64,000 nt of DNA from Mesotaenium endlicherianum (Eukaryota), in NCBI GenBank assembly GCA_009602735.1, contig WELA01002782.1, positions 1 to 64,000 on the forward strand, written 5' to 3'. A program made the translations under genes and the position numbers. Each line of letters starts with the position of its first letter. Position 1 is the stretch's first letter. The notes beneath the pieces are model-generated. The model was given only the letters and a program-made list of their open reading frames with translations. It ran no database searches and had not been told where the DNA came from. This document shows positions 1 through 10,579 of the stretch, piece by piece.

Positions 1-645
1 TCCGGACTCAGCAGCCCCCACCAGCACCCAAAAGGGGAAGGTCAGTAGGATATTCTTTTTCTCGGGAAGAGCTGGAGGAGTTGACAGAAGAGACTCCAAA
101 AGTCTCAGAGGAACCCGGGGACGGAGAGGAGGAGGAGTCAGAGGAAGACGAGGAGGAAGGCGAGGAGGAGGACACTAGCCCCGCCGTGATCTTGACGCCT
201 GCCACATCCCCTATAAGGGAGAAGATGGGGTTGGCCATGCAGCAACTTGCTGACGAGGAGGATATCACTTGGCTGGGGACTGCCAGAGAACAGACCCCCA
301 TCTCCAGGCAAGGAGACCCAGTCAGACAGGGCAGACAGGAGGGCTGCTCGGGAGATAGCCAGAGGCCTGCCAGCATCTCCCTCGCAGAGAGGGCATGTAC
401 CCTTGGCTCATGTCATGCAACATCCTTCTGGGATGCCGGTATACGTACCTGTCAGTTTGAGGGCTGCCCAGGAGAAGGCTGCCTCCCTCCAATTTCAGAC
501 TGTGCAGGAGATAACAGCCCAGTTACTGCGTTCTCCGCGGGGTCCTTACACGGAACCTCCTTCTCTGACAGGCTTCAGAAGACCCCAAGACAGGAGGTTG
601 TCTGGCTCCCCTGAGTATAGGGCCTCAGGGACACCTCCCTCCTAA
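1..645 (+). pseudogene. C-terminal part of the retrotransposon accessory ORF (copy A), frameshifted
   Basis: ORFs 81..614 and 247..645 match 11648..11935 and 12077..12307 (e.g. PLAHVMQHPSGMPVYVPVSLRAAQE is identical). Confidence 0.8.
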
Positions 646-730
646 TGGCAGTAGGCTGGGGACGGAAGGGACAGCACGCTGTTATTAGTGTTAGTGTTGT
701 CGAGGCGACAACATGATAAGTTGGAGGAAT

Positions 731-1451
731 TGTAATGAATCAGTATATTGGTTGACATAATATTCATTTAAATAATATAGTTAAATGAGTTCAGCCTGCT
801 GAACTCTAGTTAATGATCAGTCTGCTGGACTTCATATTTAATATCAGTTTAATGACTCGGTCGGAAGTAGCAGGCTGGTGTCACCTTAAGTCAGCTTGCT
901 GACACATTCTTTGACAGCCAGCTGACTTCCGTACTCGGTAGCAGCGAACTGCCTCGGTATGCATCTAAGTGTGGTATGCTAGATGAATGGCCAGATGACA
1001 TCCCTACGATGGATGGCGATTCGGGATGATGGGAGATGGCGGTGGATTTGGTTAACCGAGGTCCTACCAACGTGGTTAACTCCCGGGTAGGCGGTGCCAT
1101 CGCACTGACCGTTGAACAGTAAACTCATTCCATGTACATATGCTAGGCATTGCTCTCGAGTTCGGCATTCGGAAACGAGGCCAACTCTCTTGTACAGCTT
1201 ACTGAGAGCGATCTGAATCCAAGGCGAGATGCCATTGATACGCACTGTCTTCTAACCTTGCTTATTTATGAGTTTACTGATTTGCATTATTGATGCTAGT
1301 TTACTTGCATTTGACTTATGAGTATTATTCATTGCTAGTGTGTTGTCCTTTGCCGTTTAATCAGTTAACGAAAAATACCATAAAGATTACTTGCTGATAT
1401 AAAGATCTTTATTAATTATTGATCGCCTATTTGGTAAGTCGATTCATTTCA
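731..1451 (+). repeat. LTR (721 bp) of chromovirus copy A
   Basis: Starts TGTAATGAATC and ends GATTCATTTCA (TG...CA with an 11-bp imperfect terminal inverted repeat); homologous to 12405-13138. Confidence 0.9.
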
Positions 1452-2266
1452 ATTATCCAGAAGGAAACAAAAAAATTTACCTGGTCAAGTTTCTCACTGA
1501 TGTTGAGCAGTGGCTGGAGAACTACCCAGAGCTGCAGGATTACGAGAAGGTTAGGCACACTGGTGCTCTACTGAAAGGCAGTGCAGCAGACTGGTGGCTT
1601 TATTGGAAAGGAGAGCGTAAGGCTCCGCAACTTGGTGATCCTACTTGGGTAGAGTTTGTCGAGAAATTGTATGAGAAGTTTGATGTCATCAATCAGTAGG
1701 AGAAAGTTATCTTTGCAATGATCTCCTTGACACTGAAGCAGAACACTTCAGTTGCTGAGTTTGCTCAGAAGTTCCAGGAGAACATGATGAAGCCGCCAGA
1801 CTTGCCGGAGCGGTATAGGATAGCATACTTCTGGTATGGCTTGAAATCCAAAGTCTCTGGTCATTTTGCTGAAAAGCAGTATGAGAAACTGGCTGACTTG
1901 ATCCAGGACGCTAATTCCTGGGATCAGCAGCAGTTCAATCACAAGCGACAGAGTAATGCTTTGGTTTCTAAGATTGTCAAAAAAGCCCCACAGTTCCTAC
2001 AATGCAATTGAAGGAGACCCTGCTGAGGATGATCAGGGTGATGAGTACGAGTATGAGTATAATGCTATACAGTCTAGAGGAGAGGTGGTTACTCTCGAGG
2101 TGGCTATGGAAGAGGTGGTGGTAGGACTAAGCCGAGACCAGCCTCAGCAAAGTCTGTTCGCTTCCATTGCCAGCAATTGGGCCACTTTAGAGAGCAGTGT
2201 CTAGTCAAGCACCTTCCAAAGGTCGAGAAAAAGGACCATCCTTTAAAAGACAGCAACAGTCAGTAA
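1452..2266 (+). pseudogene. gag: gag (capsid plus degenerate CCHC zinc knuckle)
   Basis: Translates LLKGSAADWW...TWVEFVEKLYEKF...LKQNTSVAEFAQKF...FWYGLK and RFHCQQLGHFREQC (first Cys mutated); internal stops and frameshifts. Confidence 0.85.
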
Positions 2267-2333
2267 TCTAGTCTACTGACTGTGAGGATGCCAAAGATAG
2301 TGAGTCGTCACTAGTTGCCATCGTAGCAGGTGA

Positions 2334-3682
2334 ATGGGTCCTGCTGAACTAAATTCACTATGCATGCCTGACAACCAGATAAAGGAGACCATCAGCAATA
2401 TAGACCTCCAGAGAGCGCACACTCTGGATGATCTTGTTCCACCTGATGTCCAACATTTCTTTGCTAAGTCGGGAGAACAATGCGAAAGTCAGGAAAAGAC
2501 AGTCTCCCCTATCTTACTGCATTGCATGATTGCAAGTAGGAGGGTGAGGGCATTTGTTGACGGAGGGGCGTCACATACTTTTATCCATAAGGACTTAGTT
2601 AAGCGGCTAAGGCTGCCTATTGTTATCCAAGGGAATAGAAAAATATTCCTTGGAGTTATAACCAAGCCTATTGAGGTCCAGTTAGGTTCTGGCATTGCAG
2701 TTCTAACTGAAACGCTTACATTTGAGGTACTCAACACTGGCTTTTATGATCGCGTGCTAGAGAGGTCCTGGCTTAATTGACATCAAGCTGAAGTGTATTG
2801 GAGCAGAGGTACAGTTAAAGTGAGAGGAGCCAGTGATGGGCAAACTAACTTGGCACCCACCAGTGCTCTTCCTCTTGTCCTATATGGATGGCAAATAAAG
2901 GAAAAGAAGAGGCTTCCAGAAGGATGCAAATTGCTGAATGCAATTGAGTTCATCGAAAGCTGGAACGAGAAAGAGAACAGAATGTTCTGTCTGCTGCTAA
3001 GAGAGGTACCTCCTCAACATCCAAGAGTGGTTGAGAAAAAGGTAAGTCCTTCGGAGCACCATACTGCTGCAAAAATTGTTGCTCAATATACTGATGTTTT
3101 TAATATGCCTCCAGGAGTACGCCCTAAAGAGAGAAGTGGATCATAGGATTGATTTATTACCTGGGAGTCAGTCATCCTGGCAACGCACTTATGGCTTGTT
3201 TTATGTGGAGATCAAAGAGTTGGAAACACAGATTGCAGAGCTTGAGGAAAATGGTTATATTTCCCCCAGTAAATCACCTTAAGGTGCATTCATCCTATTT
3301 GTTAAGAAAAAGGATGGAAGTTTGCGGATGTGCGTTGGTTACAGAGCTCTCAACAGAATTACAATAAAGAACAAGTATGCTTAACCCAGAATCAAAGACT
3401 TGCTTGACACCCTGTCTGGTGCTAAAGTGTTCAGTAAGATAGATCTCAAGAGTGGTTATCATCAAATCAGAATTGCAGAGGGACATGAACACAAGACTGC
3501 CTTCTGCACACGTTATGGACACTATGAGTTTAATGTGATGCCATTTGGACTGACTAATGCTCTTGCAACCTCTATGGGTGCTATGAATGACATTTTCAGA
3601 CCTTACCTGGATAAGTTTGTGCAAGTCTTCTTGGATGATATTTTAATTTTCTTTAAAGATGAAGCTCAGCATGCTGAACACC
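2334..3682 (+). pseudogene. pol: pol: aspartic protease and reverse transcriptase (truncated)
   Basis: VRAFVDGGASHTFI (protease); [65 protein letters not shown] (Ty3/gypsy RT). Confidence 0.93.
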
Positions 3683-3776
3683 TAATCAATTAACAGAAAA
3701 TACCATAAAGATTACTTGCTGATATAAAGATCTTCATTAAACGCTAATCGTCTTTTCAGTACGTCGATTCATTTCA
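3683..3776 (+). repeat. 3'-terminal ~94 bp of a third LTR of the same chromovirus family, at a deletion breakpoint in pol
   Basis: TAATCAATTAACAGAAAATACCATAAAGATTACTTGCTGATATAAAGATCTT...GATTCATTTCA matches the LTR ends at ~1358-1451 and ~13045-13138. Confidence 0.88.
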
Positions 3777-4268
3777 GCTTTTAAGGTGATTGCAGATCAT
3801 CTACCTCTGACTCACTTTCAAAAAAAGTCCAAGCTGTCGAGGAGGGAGAATCGTTGGAGCCAGATGCTGGAGCAGTTCCAAGTCCAGATTGACTACAAAC
3901 CAGGAAAGATGAATTCTTCTGACCTGACTTGCAAGAAAAGAACTTTAGTCAGCATGGTGTAAATAAAGTCCTTTGTGCACTCACTTTATTAAAAGTCGAA
4001 TAGTCCCTCCTTGCACAACTTAGGAAAGCCTACCTTTCTGACTTAACATTTGAGCCCAGCCCCACTGATGGTGTGTGTCCGCCTAATGCACTCCGATATA
4101 AGCTAAATGGAGGGGTCTGGGTAATTGAAACCAATTCGGACAGGCGAAAGTTGGTCTTTCCTAATAACTTGGAAATAAGGTCACTCTTACTGAGTCAAGC
4201 ACATGACAATTTAGTGGGTGGACATTTGGGGCAGGCCAAAACTGTTGGCAAACTGGCAAAGCATTACC

Positions 4269-4979
4269 TGAAAGGGGGAAGGGTGCGGGGAGTGCGCCCA
4301 TACACACTCACGCACCCTCACCCGCGAGTGGAAGCGTGCACAAGGACCTTTCCTAGTTGCATACACAAGGTGGAGTGGCCTGGTGGTATGCCACTCTTGC
4401 AAGAGTTAGAGGGCTACATGAGAGAGGAGTGGAAAAGAACTCACTTTATTAGAAAAGTCGTGTACAAGATAAGAAGGTTAGACTAGAATAAGCCCCCTTT
4501 ACTTCCTTATGCTTCCCATTTATCCTTTAACTCTAAGTGTCCTCTCTAGCAAGGTACCTCCAGAACCTTCTCCTATGGCTCCTTCCATGTACTTGACCTT
4601 GCCTAGTTGGACAAGCTAGCACACTCACACGCACACAATCACACTCTAGAATATTCTACTACACAATCCACTAACTCCTCACGGAGTTTCTAGAAATTCC
4701 ACGATCACTTTGGCACTCTACGTAATTGTACGTACTTTCTGGAACCCTCATGTTTCAATGTCCTACTTTCTGGACTCCAACCGAAATTTTCGTCACTGGA
4801 CCTGTCCTTGTCACTAAATAGAATCTGTGACATTAAAAACTCACTAAAAACTTCCAAAATTCATAACTATCTCAATACTTGTCCAAATGACTTGAAATAA
4901 AGGCCAAAGTTCTTCTAAAATCACACTCTATGCATATAAAATACTAGAAAGAAACAAACTACACTTTCATAACCTTACA
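4269..4979 (-). repeat. 3' LTR of the non-autonomous element
   Basis: Direct repeat of 8234-8944; only two substitutions seen by eye. Confidence 0.95.
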
Positions 4980-4993
4980 TCATCCCCCTCCTC
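4980..4993 (-). other. Polypurine tract
   Basis: Minus strand reads GAGGAGGGGGATGA immediately before the LTR. Confidence 0.85.
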
Positions 4994-7900
4994 AAGATGC
5001 GACGTCCTCGGCGCATACTAAGCATAAGTGACGTAATATGAGGAATCGAGCTCACATATACGCTAGAAAAACACATATTCACATATATTATACAAGTTGC
5101 AGGTCTTGAACAGGCTCCAGGTTGATACTCATTACTCCAAACTTGCTCCACTTAGTGAAAGCTCCATCGCATACATTGTCTCCACACATGGCGTCTCCTT
5201 ACACAAGTGCATCTTCTCTTCAACTCCTTCGTCTTGGAATAGGCCAATATCTTCATAAGGGCTGTAACATACTCCCTCCATCAACTCCACATACTCCAAA
5301 GCTGGATCCAAGGCATAATAGTCCGCCAAATCGCCAAAATACTCATTTTTCGCCCTCTTGGACAAGTGGCAGCTCCTCGTCGCGCCATGTGGCTTACTCG
5401 TGGTGCTCTTATAATTTTGACCAGATTACATCATGAACCTAAGTCCACTATGTTCCTGAACCTTCTGGTACCCTTAGCTACCTCTAGCTCTAAGCCATAC
5501 TCCTTGTAGAGGTATTGCACTCTCTCACTCGTGTGCGTGACTCGTGGTGACCTCTCAAGACGCCAAGTGGCACCCCCCTGACTTTTTTTGACATTTTTAG
5601 CCTGAAAGTTGTGTAATCTACATAATATCTCCCCTTTGAACTCACTGGTATGCTTTGTTTCTCCTGATTCCAAGCCTAAGACCATGATACCAGATTGCGC
5701 CTTGCCTCACACATGTGGCTCGCACGGCAGTCCAGCAGACCGCCATGTGGCACTGTCAGGACTTAAATTAATATTTTTATAAAAAAAATTACTTTTTCTG
5801 AATCTCAACCCATAGGACTACCTCTCCACAAAATTTCAGAGTCTGAATCAAAGTCTAACACTCAAATGAGATCGTCACTTTGTGCCTCATGCTCGTAGGA
5901 CGCAGACGCGCGCAACATGGATAAAGCTCCCGCGCCTACAAATGGCACATGCTTAAACCCCTGATTCTGAAACTTGACTATGACTCAAGGAAGGCCTCAT
6001 ACTAGGCCTCTCACATCATGTAGGACTTCTAGTGAAAATATTACCCACTCTCTCCTAAGTAGGCAAAAAGTAGCCAAAATCTGCCAACTTTAAACCTCGC
6101 GCTCGCCTACCCGTAAAACCCTCAAACATAGACAGATTTGAGTATCTTCCAAGCTCTTGCTCTCAAACTTCTTTCCACTTCACATCTCTTAGTTACAACT
6201 GAACTCATGGGACTGGTTTGACCTTGCTTACAAGCACTATAAACAACTATAACACTCCCCCCCCTCATCATGAAGGTAAGGCGCTTACCACTCGAGTGTC
6301 CAAGTCCAGATTTTACGCCTCTCTCGTGCTTGCTTGTATAGGCGCTGATTCTCCTAGCTTCATGTCCAGGTCTTTGTCATATATCTCCATCTTAGGCAGG
6401 ACATATCAGCCCCATAACACTTGGTCTCCTCCTCATAGGTCCATATCCATAAAGTCGTAGTCTCCATCAAGCGACGATAGTAATCTTCACAAGGCATGAG
6501 CGCGTAGTCTCGCTCGTGGTGCACCAAACTCCATCATAGTCTTCTCCTTGGCTAGATGCTCACTCCCACATACCTCTGGCTCTTCTTGAAGGTCAGCCTT
6601 CACACAAGGCTCCAAGAAACACATCTGGAACGCCTCCAAGAGCTCCATAACTTGGGCATACGCACATACTCTTAGTGCTTGCACCTCATCTTGTGCACGC
6701 ACACACGTCGTCTTGCAAGCGGGCTTCTCTTGAGCTCACTTTCTAGGAGCTCCTCCACTTGAGCAGTTGGGGTCTGCTCTATATATGAGCAAGGGGATCA
6801 TACACCTCTACTTGCTCCACCGGCGATGTACATTCGCCAAGGTTGTTAGGAGGCACGCTTGCTCCGTGTGATGACCGGGCCAAGGTCACCAAAACAAGCG
6901 CTTCTCCTTCACCTTCACCTTCCCGCGTCGCTTCTTTGCTAGCGGGCTGAAGATAGCTACTTGTGGTCATATCTACCTCCACCTATTTCACTATCCTCAC
7001 TTGACCATACTCCTCCTCGGTCTTCACTTGACCCGTGCACTAAAGCACTAGAGGATAGGCTACTCTCTTTGTGCAACTCCTTCCACATGCTTAGCTTCTT
7101 GAGTGCACTCTAGCCTTGGTCACCCCAATGACACTTCTTACTACTAAACCCAGCTTGCCTTGGTGCTCTACTTTCACATGAAGAGCTTCCATAGATGCAC
7201 CAAAATCTGCCCCTTAACTATGCCATCACACAACTAATGGCACACACGCTTCAAGTGGGAGACATCTCTTGCACTAGCCCTCTTGCACCAACTTCATACC
7301 TTGCTTCTTCTTCCACACCATAGGCTTGTCTTCATCATAGTTCTCAACTCCATATACTCCGTAGTACTCTCCTCCATAAGAAAAGAGAAATCTGAACTTG
7401 AAAGGCTCCATCTCCATCTCTCCTCTTTGAAGAAAAATCTCGAATACTTCTTCTTCTTGCTCCAAGCCTTCTCCACGGTGCTTCTCTTCACTTGAGGCTT
7501 CTTCTATCTCCATACAAGGTACCAAGCTCCATCATGGCTGGCCTCAAATAACCAGTGGCTACATAGGAGTGATGCAAGGCAACCCAAATCTGGCCACATA
7601 CTTGGCCAACTTGGTGCAACACCCCGGTGCACCCTCTCTTGAGCTCCTCATGAGCTCCTCTTGAGCTTGCGAGTGCTATGCCCGCCAAAGCTCCTAGACT
7701 TGCAAGTACACATGCTTGCTAAGTCCCTGGTTGCCTACCCTTAAAATCTGCTCCACCTTCATTGAAGATTTGAAATAAAGATGGGCACACACTCCTTTCT
7801 AGCCACTATCACCTCTATGCTAAGCCCCCTCGTCAAAGAAAGAGCTTAACACTAAAGAGCTTGCATCTTCAAGGAAGAATCCAGCCGTGTGAACTCCAGA

Positions 7901-8219
7901 TTCTCTTCATGCTCGTATGTCTCCATACTCAAGCAAAGGCTGCTCTATATTACTTATATCACTACCATGCTTGGGCAACCTTCTCATACTACAAAGAAGA
8001 CGTACAACAATCTGGTTGCATCCAAGTTGACACTTCTTGGAGCACCTCCCTCTTCCATCTCCTCCCTCCTTCAAGAGAGTGAGATGCTAGCTTGCATCAA
8101 CGTCTTCATGGCTGCCCTTAGCAACTTATAAATCATCCTTGCTTCTCCTCTCTACCCTCTCTACACTCCTACAAGCATCACCAACCAAAGCTCCCTCCTC
8201 CAAATGAAGCAACTAGGTA

Positions 8220-8231
8220 GCTCCGATACCA
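8220..8231 (-). other. Primer-binding site (tRNA-iMet type)
   Basis: Minus strand reads TGGTATCGGAGC 2 nt after the 5' LTR; the canonical iMet PBS is TGGTATCAGAGC. Confidence 0.88.
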
Positions 8232-8233
8232 TG

Positions 8234-8944
8234 TGAAAGGGGGAAGGGTGCGGGGAGTGCGCCCATACACACTCACGCACCCTCACCCGCGAGTGGAAGC
8301 GTGCACGAGGACCTTTCCTAGTTGCATACACAAGGTGGAGTGGCCTGGTGGTATGCCACCCTTGCAAGAGTTAGAGGGCTACATGAGAGAGGAGTGGAAA
8401 AGAACTCACTTTATTAGAAAAGTCGTGTACAAGATAAGAAGGTTAGACTAGAATAAGCCCCCTTTACTTCCTTATGCTTCCCATTTATCCTTTAACTCTA
8501 AGTGTCCTCTCTAGCAAGGTACCTCCAGAACCTTCTCCTATGGCTCCTTCCATGTACTTGACCTTGCCTAGTTGGACAAGCTAGCACACTCACACGCACA
8601 CAATCACACTCTAGAATATTCTACTACACAATCCACTAACTCCTCACGGAGTTTCTAGAAATTCCACGATCACTTTGGCACTCTACGTAATTGTACGTAC
8701 TTTCTGGAACCCTCATGTTTCAATGTCCTACTTTCTGGACTCCAACCGAAATTTTCGTCACTGGACCTGTCCTTGTCACTAAATAGAATCTGTGACATTA
8801 AAAACTCACTAAAAACTTCCAAAATTCATAACTATCTCAATACTTGTCCAAATGACTTGAAATAAAGGCCAAAGTTCTTCTAAAATCACACTCTATGCAT
8901 ATAAAATACTAGAAAGAAACAAACTACACTTTCATAACCTTACA
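8234..8944 (-). repeat. 5' LTR of the non-autonomous element
   Basis: Direct repeat of 4269-4979. Confidence 0.95.
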
Positions 8945-10579
8945 TTACCACTGGAAAGGGTTGCCTCGGGAGGTCTTGAAACATGTTTAGTGATGTGATC
9001 AGTGTCAGAAAAACAAGTCTAGGTACACACTACCCGGAGGGCTATTACAACTACTACCCATCCCAGCTGGACGATGGGAAACAACATCCATGGATTGGGT
9101 GGTAATACTACCAAGAACTGCCAATGGGCATGATTCTATTCTGGTAGTATTAGATATATTGACAAAAATGGTCATTTTCATCCCCACCACTGTCAAGGTG
9201 ATTGCACTCAAAACTGTTAGACAATTCTACAACCATGTAGTATGCCAACATGGGCTACCCTCCAAAATTATCTCTGACTAAGACTCAAAAATCACCTCTA
9301 AATTTTGGAGAGCTTTAATGGATTTAATAGGAGTAAACAGTTGCTCAGCACAACAAATTACCCTCTGACTGATGGGCAGACTGAGAGAACTGATCGAGTT
9401 TTGCAGGAGGTGCTGAGAGCATACATTAACCGAAAAGAAGATCACTGGGATGACCTGTTGCCTCGAATTCAATTTGCGGTCAACAGTGCGGTGCATGCGT
9501 CAACGGGCAAGACTCCTTTTGAACTCAGTTTGGGTAAAGTCCCCAAGTCTCCTTTAGATGTGCTTGGGGAGTCTTTAACTCACCTTGAGGGGATTGACAA
9601 CTCGGTGTCTCTCCAGTTAACTCAGGAGTTTGCTGAAATCCTGTCAGAAGTCCAACAGGACCTGCACAAAGTCCAAGAAAATCAACAAAAACATGTTAAT
9701 CAACACCGTCGAGAGCTGACAAATTATAAGGGCGATTTGATCAAATTGCATTCTCAACACCTGTACCTGCCTGGTGTGGTCAAGAAGAAGCTTGGTCCGG
9801 TTTGGGTCGGTCCATATTCGGTGGTGCGCCGTGTTGATCAGAACGCTTACAAACTGAACATGTCAGCGGAATATAAGGATCACCCAGTATTTAATGTCTC
9901 TTTCCTAGAACCATATATCAAAGGTGACACACTGTTCACAAGTCGGTTACCTGTCCAACCACGACCGGTCCCCGCTGTCCGAGATGGTGACCCTGAGGAA
10001 TATGAGGTGGATGAGATTTTAGAAGCTCGCTCTGTTCGTCGATCATCTAAATATGTCATGAAATATCTGGTCAGATGGAAGGGTTACGATGCATCTGGGA
10101 ACACCTGGGAATCTAAGGACCATTCGACCAATGCCAAAGGGGCGTTGAAACGCTTTTACCTTTGGGAGGCTGGAACCCCTCCTTAATTGTCATGTCAGTT
10201 GACATAGGAAGGTGACAGGAGGTCCTGTCTCCATTTAAGTTGGAGGGGAAATGTGCCCGAAAGCGATAGTTAGTGACAGAAAGTGACAGTAGGCAATAGT
10301 AAGTGACAGTTGTGACAGGCAGTCCACCTTAAAAATCAAATTGGAGGGAGTGGGATAACATCTTAAGAACCAGCCAATTGTCTTTACATACCCATTCTCC
10401 ACACTCAATTGCGCTCGAACTCACTTCTCTCTCAAGCACACTCCCACTTTCCTTTTACTTACACCGGGTATTGCATACCAGGTAACTCTCACTACTACGT
10501 TATTACCTGTCAAAAGTACTCCATGATTGTGCACGATATCATGACTTCACTAACTCCATTTGTTTTATGTTTGAGCAGA

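Larger units (their letters stand above)
1..1451 (+). mobile_element. 3' end of a Ty3/gypsy chromovirus copy A (end of accessory ORF, PPT, 3' LTR), inserted into gag of copy B
   Basis: 1-1451 aligns collinearly with ~11660-13138. PPT-like AAGTTGGAGGAAT at 718-730 is followed by the LTR. After the LTR there is no PBS and the sequence runs straight into mid-gag. Confidence 0.85.
4269..8944 (-). mobile_element. Young non-autonomous LTR retrotransposon (4.7 kb) inserted in the integrase of copy B
   Basis: Two 711-bp TG...CA LTRs; TSD TTACC at 4264-4268 and 8945-8949; PBS and PPT on the minus strand; the 3.25-kb interior has no intact gag/pol ORF. Confidence 0.95.
3777..10186 (+). pseudogene. pol: pol: RNase H C-terminus, integrase and chromodomain (split by the 4269-8944 insertion)
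   Basis: FKVIADHLPL...RENRW...YKPGK (RH); HDNLVGGHLG...KHY|HWKG...CDQCQK (HHCC); WETTSMDW, YPLTDGQTERT, GPY motif; chromodomain EYEVDEIL...YLVRWKGY...NTWE. Confidence 0.92.

Noticed and set aside
2242..2248. TTTAAAA slippery heptamer at the end of gag
   Set aside because: It is in the correct phase for a -1 shift, but that frame hits stops and does not join the protease frame in this decayed copy; it cannot be supported without intact copies.
4073..4486. 137-aa ORF as an independent gene
   Set aside because: Chimeric read-through from integrase into the inserted LTR.
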